DNA of 64,000 nt, taken from assembly GCA_021818265.1 (NCBI GenBank), contig JAKAEP010000004.1:4108-68107 (forward strand), read 5' to 3'. Positions 36,505 through 43,918 of this stretch are shown one piece after another; the first letter of the stretch is position 1; each line of letters starts with the position of its first letter. The notes under the pieces were generated by a model. The model was not told where the DNA came from. It saw only the letters and a list, made by a program, of their open reading frames with translations, and did not search any database. The position numbers and the translations under genes are program-made. Source of the DNA: Actinomycetes bacterium (GTDB taxonomy: Bacteria > Actinomycetota > Acidimicrobiia > Acidimicrobiales > RAAP-2).

Positions 36505-36579
36505 AGGTCCCAAACTCTCACGGCGACCTGAGTACTCTTCCTCCGGAGCCGAAAGCACCCTTCGCTAAGGAGCATAGGT

Positions 36580-37263
36580 ATGACGATGAGTGGAAGATTG
36601 GGAGCAGTCCTAGGACTCTTCGTGATCGCCGTGGGGCTGATCATCTGGGTCTTGATGGGCCTCCTGACGCCCGGGACACCGGAGGGCGTCGTCAACTACG
36701 TGGGCTCGTCGGCCCCGGGACAGCCGGTCAACCTGACGATCCAGACGGTGGGCTCGATGGGCGTGGGCGACCGCCCGACCTGGGTGAGCTACCTGGCGCG
36801 GACCCCCCAGGGCCAGTGGGTCCACGACACCACCTGGCAGCTGCCGGCCAACACCCTCATCAACGTGACCGTCTACCAGTACGACTCGGGCAGCCCCTTG
36901 CGCAACCAGCAGTACGGCCAGGTCACCGGCACGATCGGCAACAGCGAGACCGTGAACGGCAAGACGATCCACGCCTTCAACTCCTACGACGGGGCGGGCG
37001 TCGGCCACACGTTCACCGTCCCGGCCCTCGGGATCAGCGTCCCGCTGCTCGGCAGCCCCGCCGCCAACCTCTGCGGCGTGGCCCCGTGCCAGCCCAAGTG
37101 GCCGCACAACCTCATCCACTTCAGCTTCAAGACGCCCGCCAAGACCGGCGAGTACCACTGGCAGTGCTTCGTGCCCTGCGCGGCGGGCTGGCTCTACGGC
37201 AACGGCGGTCCGATGTCGACCCAGGGCTTCATGGGCGGCTTCTTGGACGTGGTCCAGCAGTAA
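36580..37263 (+). CDS. Membrane-anchored cupredoxin-fold protein with degenerate CuA-like site
   Basis: One N-terminal TM (LGAVLGLFVIAVGLIIWVLMGLL). GVGHTFTVPALGISVP resembles the COX2 H-x-F-x-[VI]-P-x-L-G block. YHWQCFVPCAAGWLYGNGGPM keeps the C-x3-C pair but lacks the CuA His at +4. An AAGGAG Shine-Dalgarno lies 7 nt upstream. Confidence 0.6.
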   Translation: MTMSGRLGAVLGLFVIAVGLIIWVLMGLLTPGTPEGVVNYVGSSAPGQPVNLTIQTVGSMGVGDRPTWVSYLARTPQGQWVHDTTWQLPANTLINVTVYQYDSGSPLRNQQYGQVTGTIGNSETVNGKTIHAFNSYDGAGVGHTFTVPALGISVPLLGSPAANLCGVAPCQPKWPHNLIHFSFKTPAKTGEYHWQCFVPCAAGWLYGNGGPMSTQGFMGGFLDVVQQ

Positions 37264-37296
37264 CCGGATTCGAGCGACGACGACGGAGATATTGCA

Positions 37297-38268
37297 ATGA
37301 ACAACGAACCTCGCCACATGCGCCGAATCGTGACCGCCTGGGTCATCGCGTCGGTCATCGGTGACCTGCTCTGGTGGTTCCTGGTCGGTCCGCACATCCC
37401 CCCGGGGAACATGACCGAGTCGGCCCACTGGAACCAGTTCGACTTCAACATCCTCGCCATCACGGCCCTGCCGGTCGTCTTCATGGTGTGGATCTGGATG
37501 GGCTACGCGCTGGTCAACTGGCGCGACAAGCCGGGCGTTCCCGACCCGGTCGGCGGCGAGGCGGCCAAGGCCCCCTACAAGGTGCAGGCCGCCTGGATCT
37601 CGATCACCTCGATCGTGGTCATCTCGGCGGCCATCTACGGCACCATCGCCCTGATCGGGGACCACGGCTCCGGCGGCGGCGAGGGACCGAACCCGGTCTG
37701 GGCCCCCGCGGGCACGATCGCGGCCAACACCGCGGCCATCCAGGGCAAGGCGACCTGGTCGCCCACGGGTGACCAGCCGCTCGTCGTCCAGGTCATCGCC
37801 CAGCAGTGGAAGTTCAACTACCGCTACCCGGCCTTCGGCGGCATGGAGACGAACCGGCTCATCCTGCCGGTGAACACCGACGTGGTCTTCGACGTCACCT
37901 CGCTCGACGTCATCCACGACTTCTGGGCCTACCAGCTGAGCGTGAAGGCCGACGCGAACCCCGGAGTGAACAACGTCGCCTTCGCCGAGACCCGTCAGAC
38001 CGGACAGTTCATGGTCCGCTGCGACGAGCTGTGCGGGATCTGGCACGGGGCGATGTACAACAGCGGCCGGATCCTCTCGAAGACGGCCTTCATGGCCTGG
38101 GCGACCAAGACCGAGGCCCAGAACGCCTCGAACACCAAGTACCTCCCGCCCTTCGCGTGGACCTACACCCCGGACGCCAACGGCGCCAACGGCGGCCTCT
38201 ACCCCGACGGCAACGTGACGCCCTACAGCCCGTACGACACCTACGGCGCCAAGCAGCCCGCCTCGTGA
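37297..38268 (+). CDS. ctaC: Cytochrome c oxidase subunit II (CuA present, no cytochrome c domain)
   Basis: A complete CuA ligand set is present: VIHDFWAYQL...CDELCGIWHGAM. Three N-terminal hydrophobic helices are present. Confidence 0.88.
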   Translation: MNNEPRHMRRIVTAWVIASVIGDLLWWFLVGPHIPPGNMTESAHWNQFDFNILAITALPVVFMVWIWMGYALVNWRDKPGVPDPVGGEAAKAPYKVQAAWISITSIVVISAAIYGTIALIGDHGSGGGEGPNPVWAPAGTIAANTAAIQGKATWSPTGDQPLVVQVIAQQWKFNYRYPAFGGMETNRLILPVNTDVVFDVTSLDVIHDFWAYQLSVKADANPGVNNVAFAETRQTGQFMVRCDELCGIWHGAMYNSGRILSKTAFMAWATKTEAQNASNTKYLPPFAWTYTPDANGANGGLYPDGNVTPYSPYDTYGAKQPAS

Positions 38269-38323
38269 GCGTCGAACCCGTTCTAGTAATGCGTGATCAC
38301 TGTCAAGAAATGGAGATGGTGCG

Positions 38324-40294
38324 ATGACAATTAGCGCCGAGCGACCCACCGAGACGGCGGCCGGCACTACGGCGCCCACGGGACCTCGAGGGGTCTCGTG
38401 GACCAACCGTCCCGGCTGGATGAGCCAGCACCTGGGCACAGCGTTGGTGCTGGCGTTCCTGGGCTACCTGCTGGGCCACTGGTGGGGCAACCACATCGCC
38501 GGGAACTACGCGTACATCAACGGCGCGAGCGGCCAGAACAGCGTCGCCGACTTCCTCGCCCTGCTGCTCATGGTGGTGGGCTGGCTCGTCGGCATCGGTG
38601 CGCTGAACTACCCGATCGCCAAGCTCTTCGGCCGCGAGGCGGTAGAGGAGGAGCCGGCCAAGGGGCTGAGCCGGTACTTCCGCTACACCCTCGACCACAA
38701 GGTCGTGGGCATGCAGTACGTGGTGGGCGTCCTGCTCTTCATGTTCACCGGCGGACTGCTCGCCATGGCCATCCGCACCGAGCTGCTCAACCCGACGGTC
38801 CACATCTTCAACCCCGGGACCTACATCGAAATCGTGTCCGAGCACGGGACGATCATGATGATGATGGCGACCTCGATCATCGTCGGGCCGCTGGGCAACT
38901 ACCTGGTGCCCCTGATGATCGGCTCTCGCCGCATGGCCTTCCCGCGCATCGAGGCGTTCAGCTTCTGGATCTTCTCGGCCGGCTACATGGTCATCTTCTC
39001 GGCCCTCTTCTTCGGCGGGTTCCCGACCGGGTGGACGGGTTACGCCCCGCTGCAGAACCAGGCGGGCCCGGGCATGATCTCCTACCTGTTCGGCTTCGCC
39101 GTGATCGGCATGGGCATGATCGCGGCCGGCTTCAACATCGCGGTCACGATCGTCAACTACCGCGCGCCGGGGATGACCTGGAGCCGGGTGCCGATGTTCG
39201 TGTGGTCGATCCTCGCGACGGCCTCGCTGCTCACCCTGGCCACGCCGGTGCTGTTCTCGGCCGGCCTCTTCGGCATCCTGGACCACGTGGTGCTCACGAG
39301 CCTCTACGTGAACGAGCACGGCGGGAGCTCGTACCTTTGGGAGAACCTCTTCTGGTTCTTCGGCCACCCGGAGGTGTACATCATGGCCCTGCCGGGCTTC
39401 GGCATCGTGGCCGAGATCGTCCCGGTGTTCACCCGCAAGCCGCTGTTCGCCTACAAGGTCGCGGCGGCGGGCATGATGGGCGTGGCGTTGCTGTCGTTCT
39501 TCGTGTGGCAGCACCACCTCTTCCAGAGCGGCATCAACCCCGACATGCGGCCCCTGTTCATGCTCACGACCGAGCTGATCTCCATCCCCACGGGCTTCAT
39601 CTACCTGGTGGGCATGGGCTCGCTGTACAAGTCGAAGATGCGCCTCGAGATCCCGATGCTCTTCTCGCTCGCGCTCTACTTCAACTTCCTGATCGGTGGC
39701 ATCACCGGCGTCTTCCTCTCGGACGTGCCGGTGAACGTGACGGTGCACGGCAGCTTCTTCGTGCTGTCGCACTTCCACTACACGATCATGGGCGGGCTGC
39801 TCTTCGCCTTCATGGCCGGCCTGTACTACTGGCTGCCCAAGATGACGGGCTACATGATGAACAAGAAGCTCGGCCTGTGGCACTTCTGGACGATGTTCAT
39901 CTTCTTCAACCTGACCTTCTTCCCGATGTTCATCATCGGCCTGCTCGGTCAGCCCCGCCGTGTCTTCGAGTACGCCCACAACCTGCAGGGCCTGAACGAC
40001 TTCTCGTCGATCAGCGCGTTCTGCCTCGGGGCATCGTTCCTGCTGTTCTTCTGGAACCTCATGTACTCGATGATCATTAACCCGCAGAAGGCGCCGGCGA
40101 ACCCGTGGGACTCGCTGGGCCTCGAGTGGCAGACGGCGAACCCGGTCCCGCTCTACAACTTCGAGCGGATCCCGGTCATCGTGACCGAGCCCTACCGCTA
40201 CAGCGAGCCGGGCGCCCCGGCGTACGCGGACTTCGGCGGCGGGGGATCGGGCAGCGGTTCGTCGAGTTCGGTCAGCAGTTCGGTCGAAGAGTGA
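38324..40294 (+). CDS. ctaD: Cytochrome c oxidase subunit I (A-type), with N-terminal two-helix extension and Gly/Ser tail
   Basis: Motifs TLDHKVVGMQY, WFFGHPEVYIMALPGFG, WQHHLF and HFHYTIMGG. The TLDHK motif only appears at residue ~122. Confidence 0.93.
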   Translation: MTISAERPTETAAGTTAPTGPRGVSWTNRPGWMSQHLGTALVLAFLGYLLGHWWGNHIAGNYAYINGASGQNSVADFLALLLMVVGWLVGIGALNYPIAKLFGREAVEEEPAKGLSRYFRYTLDHKVVGMQYVVGVLLFMFTGGLLAMAIRTELLNPTVHIFNPGTYIEIVSEHGTIMMMMATSIIVGPLGNYLVPLMIGSRRMAFPRIEAFSFWIFSAGYMVIFSALFFGGFPTGWTGYAPLQNQAGPGMISYLFGFAVIGMGMIAAGFNIAVTIVNYRAPGMTWSRVPMFVWSILATASLLTLATPVLFSAGLFGILDHVVLTSLYVNEHGGSSYLWENLFWFFGHPEVYIMALPGFGIVAEIVPVFTRKPLFAYKVAAAGMMGVALLSFFVWQHHLFQSGINPDMRPLFMLTTELISIPTGFIYLVGMGSLYKSKMRLEIPMLFSLALYFNFLIGGITGVFLSDVPVNVTVHGSFFVLSHFHYTIMGGLLFAFMAGLYYWLPKMTGYMMNKKLGLWHFWTMFIFFNLTFFPMFIIGLLGQPRRVFEYAHNLQGLNDFSSISAFCLGASFLLFFWNLMYSMIINPQKAPANPWDSLGLEWQTANPVPLYNFERIPVIVTEPYRYSEPGAPAYADFGGGGSGSGSSSSVSSSVEE

Positions 40295-40309
40295 GTGGAG
40301 AGATCCAAG

Positions 40310-40966
40310 ATGACTGACACCTACAAGGACTCGCTGGCGCCCAACGCCACGCCCGAGGAGCGGGAGTTCGAGTTCCGCTCGCACATCGGGTCTATCTGGA
40401 CCGGGGGACGGCTCGCCATCGGCGTGGCGACGTTCATGTACGCGTCGCTGGCGTTCGCGTACTTCTACCTGCGCTCCAGCAACAACTCCCACCTGTGGCG
40501 GATCCCGGGGCAGCTCGCCCCCCTCTACTACGGCTGGACGATCCTGATCTGCATGCTGCTCATGGCGGGTCTGGGGATGTACGGCCACAGCCGGCTGCGC
40601 AAGGGGTTCACCAACGACTTCCAGGTGGCCGGCTGGACCGGGGTGGCGTTGGGCGTCATCGCCCTGATCTTCCAGGTCTGGGAGCTCGTGGTCCTGCCCT
40701 TCTACCCGGGTTCGAGCGGCTACGCGTCGACGTTCGTGGCCTTCGTGGTCATGAATATCATGACGATCGTCTTCGCGACGTACTGGCTGGAGACGGCGGT
40801 GGCTCGGTCCCTGCGCATGCGTAAGGAGCTGGGCGGGACCAAGCCCGAGCTCTCGTCGGCCCACACGGCGCGCTCGTTCCGGGCCAACGTGTCCTCGATG
40901 TCGTACTACCTGGGATACGTCGGTATCATCAGCATCGGGTTCTTCCTGATGTTCTACGTGCAGTAG
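40310..40966 (+). CDS. ctaE: Heme-copper oxidase subunit III (short, 5-TM form)
   Basis: Hydrophobic pattern and FAYFYLR...H...W..V blocks are typical of COX3. ATG 40310 has a GGAGAG Shine-Dalgarno 7 nt upstream. The track start GTG 40295 is the alternative. Confidence 0.75.
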   Translation: MTDTYKDSLAPNATPEEREFEFRSHIGSIWTGGRLAIGVATFMYASLAFAYFYLRSSNNSHLWRIPGQLAPLYYGWTILICMLLMAGLGMYGHSRLRKGFTNDFQVAGWTGVALGVIALIFQVWELVVLPFYPGSSGYASTFVAFVVMNIMTIVFATYWLETAVARSLRMRKELGGTKPELSSAHTARSFRANVSSMSYYLGYVGIISIGFFLMFYVQ

Positions 40967-41001
40967 CCGCCGGGTTGGATCTGAGTTAAGGAGAGTTGGC
41001 T

Positions 41002-41112
41002 GTGGACATCTACATCGGCCCCCAGGTCCAGACCATGGTCTTCCTGCTGGGCGTGCTCGGAGCTGTGATCATCTGGGGAGCCTTCCAGCACCGGAATCAC
41101 ACCGAGAAGTAG
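41002..41112 (+). CDS. Unannotated 36-codon single-TM ORF (below the ORF-track length cut-off)
   Basis: GTG 41002 is preceded by AAGGAG (40988-40993) with an 8-nt spacer. The translation is VDIYIGPQVQTMVFLLGVLGAVIIWGAFQHRNHTEK, and 33 of 36 third codon positions are G/C. It lies between ctaE and the CtaG-like gene. Confidence 0.6.
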   Translation: MDIYIGPQVQTMVFLLGVLGAVIIWGAFQHRNHTEK

Positions 41113-41127
41113 GCGGTCGCGAGCCGC

Positions 41128-41904
41128 ATGTCGTATCGGGTGCGGCGGCTCCGTGACGCATCACTGATCGCAGGGGTGGTCGCGTGGGCGTTGTTCCTCG
41201 CGCCACCCCTCGATTCGTGGGCGGGGCGCTACGAGTTCGTGAACGCGCTGCAGTTCGGGGTGTTCGCCTTCTGGGTCCCGGCGGCCCTGTCCGTGGGCGC
41301 GCCCTGGCGGCTGACGCGCGCGGGTCGCGCTCTCGCGGCGGGTGACACGAAGGCGACCTGGCTCACGCGCTGGATGGCCCGGCGAGAGGCGTTCTCGCGC
41401 GAGGCGCGGGCGGTGATCGCGACCGTGGCGTTCATCCTTCTCGAGGTGTTCTGGCGCCTCGCGCCGGTCGTCGACGATATCGCCGTGCATCGGTGGGGCC
41501 GGGCGCTCGAGTCGCTGACCCTGGTGGGCGCGGGCGTGGCCCTCTTCTTGTCGCTGGTGGAGTCGCCGCCGCTGACGCCCCTGCCCAAGCGCGTCTTTCG
41601 GATCTTCATGGCCGCCCCGGCCATGTGGACGATCTGGATCATCGGCTACATGGACGGCATGACCGGCGCCGGGTGGTACCGGGTCTTCCACCACGTGGCC
41701 GGGACCGGGGTGTCCCTCGTCGCCGACAAGGAGATCGCCACGGGCATCCTCTGGGCGACGTCGGCGGTGATCTTCATCCCGATCGTGTTCTGGAACATGA
41801 TCCACTGGCTGCAGGCCGAGTCGACCCCGGACGAGGAGATGTACGACCTGGTGCGCGAGGAGCGCACCCGCGGCTTCTTCGGACCGCGGGCTGAGCGCTT
41901 CTAG
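41128..41904 (+). CDS. Divergent CtaG-like (Caa3_CtaG family) membrane protein lacking the conserved histidines
   Basis: PPLDSWAGRYEFVNALQFGVFAFWVPAALSVGAPW aligns with [35 protein letters not shown] of 43915..44856. DKEIATGILW aligns with [10 protein letters not shown]. Confidence 0.6.
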   Translation: MSYRVRRLRDASLIAGVVAWALFLAPPLDSWAGRYEFVNALQFGVFAFWVPAALSVGAPWRLTRAGRALAAGDTKATWLTRWMARREAFSREARAVIATVAFILLEVFWRLAPVVDDIAVHRWGRALESLTLVGAGVALFLSLVESPPLTPLPKRVFRIFMAAPAMWTIWIIGYMDGMTGAGWYRVFHHVAGTGVSLVADKEIATGILWATSAVIFIPIVFWNMIHWLQAESTPDEEMYDLVREERTRGFFGPRAERF

Positions 41905-41910
41905 CCTCGG

Positions 41911-42585
41911 CTAGCCGGCCGGGGGCGGGCTCACCACCGGCAGGCGCGGCGTGATGAGCGGGGCGCCAAGGGTCCGGCTCGCCAGGGAGATGTCGCCGAG
42001 GACGTGGTCGCGCTCCCGGTTGAGTTCGGACGCCTGGTAGGCGAGGTTGGCCTTCAGGGACGCGTTGGTCGGGTCGTCGAGCAGCTGGCGGATGTCCTGG
42101 ATGGCCTTGAGGGCGGTGCCGCTGATCCAGTGGTCGAGGGCCGTGTGGGCGGCGTCGACGTGCTTGCCCGCGGCGGTCAGGGTGATCTGGATGTTGTTCG
42201 TGAGGTCGTAGACGGGCTGGCCGGCGAAGGAGCAGGGGACCTCGTCCTCGGCGATGTAGGTCTTGGTGGTCGCGAGGTCGGCGGGCGTCAGAGCGCCCCC
42301 GACGAACTTGGCGTACAGCGAGAAGCTCTCCTTGACGCCGTAGGCGCACTCGCGGGCGTCGCTGCGCATCTGGGTGAGGACGGCGTTCTGGGCGGCGATG
42401 TCCTGGGAGACGGTGATCGGGTGGGGCAGGTCGGTCACCACCGAGACCGCGATAATGACCGCGGCGATCGACGACACGAGGAACCACGGCCGCCGGAACC
42501 AGGGCACGCGCCGGTTCGTCAGCGACGAGATGGCCATCGTCGAAGGGTCGTACTCCTCCTCGGAGAGGTCCAGGTGGTCGGTCAC
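41911..42585 (-). CDS. Membrane-anchored extracytoplasmic protein, translationally coupled to SCO (function unknown)
   Basis: GTG 42585 overlaps the SCO stop (GTGA). There is one TM (WFLVSSIAAVIIAVSVV) and two Cys in the exported part. Confidence 0.6.
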   Translation of the reverse strand: MTDHLDLSEEEYDPSTMAISSLTNRRVPWFRRPWFLVSSIAAVIIAVSVVTDLPHPITVSQDIAAQNAVLTQMRSDARECAYGVKESFSLYAKFVGGALTPADLATTKTYIAEDEVPCSFAGQPVYDLTNNIQITLTAAGKHVDAAHTALDHWISGTALKAIQDIRQLLDDPTNASLKANLAYQASELNRERDHVLGDISLASRTLGAPLITPRLPVVSPPPAG

Positions 42586-43268
42586 GGGACGAGACTACCG
42601 GCGGTCTGGGCGATGCCCTCTGCCCAGCGCGCCACCTGGGTGGCGCCCAGGGTGTAGGTGCCCGATCGGCTCTCGTTCGCGAACGGGGTGGCGAGGTCGG
42701 CGAGGCCGCCGTGTTGGCCGATGAAGTACATGACCTCGTTGTGGGCCATCTGGGTCGAGCGGCGGCCCACGGTGATGGTGACGCCGTAGTTCGACCACAC
42801 CGGGTCGATCTGGGACAGGCTCCCGGTCAGGAAGTACACGTCCCCCAGGCGGTCGAGCCCGGTGCGCGACAGGGCCGGGGGATCGGCGCTCACCTTGAGG
42901 TCGCGCGGGTCGGTGTTCACCACCACGAAGTCCACCCCGTGGGCCCGGGGCCCGAGGAGCGACTCCGCACGGCGGATCTCCTCGCCGACGACCGGACAGA
43001 TGTCGGTGCAGGTGCTGTTGTAGAACGTGAGGACCACGGCGTGGCCCCGGGCGCCTCGGAGGGTCCAGGAGGCCCCGTGCTGGTCGGTCAGGGTGAAGCC
43101 CGGCGCCACCTTGGAGCTGATGGGCTTGAGCCCCATGAGGGCGTCGAGGCTGGAGGCGAGCGGCCGGGTGGACCCGGCGGGAGCCGCCGTCGTGGCGTGG
43201 GGCGCCGGGGTCGAGCCGACGCGACCGAGGTAGTAGTCGGCCACGAGACCGATGACCCCGAGGAGCAC
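42582..43268 (-). CDS. SCO1/SenC-family copper chaperone / thiol-disulfide oxidoreductase
   Basis: FTLTDQHGASWTL...VVLTFYNSTCTDICPVVGEEI (CxxxCP) and MAHNEVMYFIGQHGG. GTG 43268 lies inside the predicted TM helix, so the true start may be upstream (see findings). Confidence 0.8.
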   Translation of the reverse strand: MLLGVIGLVADYYLGRVGSTPAPHATTAAPAGSTRPLASSLDALMGLKPISSKVAPGFTLTDQHGASWTLRGARGHAVVLTFYNSTCTDICPVVGEEIRRAESLLGPRAHGVDFVVVNTDPRDLKVSADPPALSRTGLDRLGDVYFLTGSLSQIDPVWSNYGVTITVGRRSTQMAHNEVMYFIGQHGGLADLATPFANESRSGTYTLGATQVARWAEGIAQTAGSLVP

Positions 43269-43498
43269 CAGGATCGTGACGAAGCGGCCGACGTAGCGGC
43301 TCGACGCCTTCGGCGTCCCCTCGGCCAGGGCCCGCCGTCGCTGCTCCTCGGAGAGCCCGCGGGGTGCGTCGGCGCGTTGCTCTTCGGACAGATCGGAGAT
43401 GAGGGCCTCCCGGGTGGTGAAGTCGCCGCGACGGTGGACTCACGCTACCACCGGCCGGATTCCTCGGCCCGGGCGTTGAGCGGGCGGGGAGCGCGAAG

Positions 43499-43504
43499 TA
43501 GCCT
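43499..43504 (+). promoter_or_regulatory. -10 hexamer TAGCCT, 6 nt upstream of GTG 43511
   Basis: TAGCCT-cgcgac-GTG. A divergent TAGCGT box for the SCO operon lies at 43442-43447 on the minus strand. Confidence 0.45.
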
Positions 43505-43510
43505 CGCGAC

Positions 43511-43918
43511 GTGAGCGAATCGCCTCGTGAGGCGTCACCCGATGCGCCCCCCGAACGGCTCCGCGGGGCTGCGGCGCTGCGACTCCACCTGACCCTCGCC
43601 GCCGGGCTCGCGCTGTGCGCGGTCGCGTTCTGGTTCGAGCTGCGCCGGGCCGAGGGCGGCAACGGCCTCAGCTGGGCGTACGTCTTCGAGTGGCCGCTTC
43701 TCGGGATCTTCGCCGTCTACATGTGGTGGAAGTTCCTGCACCCGGGCCGCGACGCCGCGCGCGAGAGAGCCCGGGCCCGGCGCCGCCCGCCCGCCCCGGT
43801 CGTCGAGGCGCAGTACCAGGGGATGCTCGAGGCGTGGCAGGCCCATCAGCGCGAGCTCACCGAGCGCCAGGCGGTCGAGGACACTCAGAGGTCCCGCCCG
43901 CCCTGGACCCCGTCGTGA
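43511..43918 (+). CDS. Small 2-TM membrane protein, paralogue of 36199..36504, coupled to ctaG
   Basis: It shares the [10 protein letters not shown] core with the other copy. Its stop overlaps the ctaG GTG (GTGA). Confidence 0.7.
   Translation: MSESPREASPDAPPERLRGAAALRLHLTLAAGLALCAVAFWFELRRAEGGNGLSWAYVFEWPLLGIFAVYMWWKFLHPGRDAARERARARRRPPAPVVEAQYQGMLEAWQAHQRELTERQAVEDTQRSRPPWTPS

Noticed and set aside
36505-36558. Longer N-terminus (GTG 36558) for the first 2-TM protein.
   Set aside because: It is not excluded, because it would give an N-terminal length similar to the paralogue. However, third-position G/C is only about half in these 18 codons, and the start would sit 21 nt from the divergent cupredoxin ATG. 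The short form is reported and the alternative is noted.
42595-43662. 355-aa minus-strand ORF spanning the SCO gene and the divergent promoter region.
   Set aside because: The product is Arg/Pro-rich. The frame conflicts with the clear SCO CxxxCP frame and with the leaderless promoter of the + strand gene at 43511.
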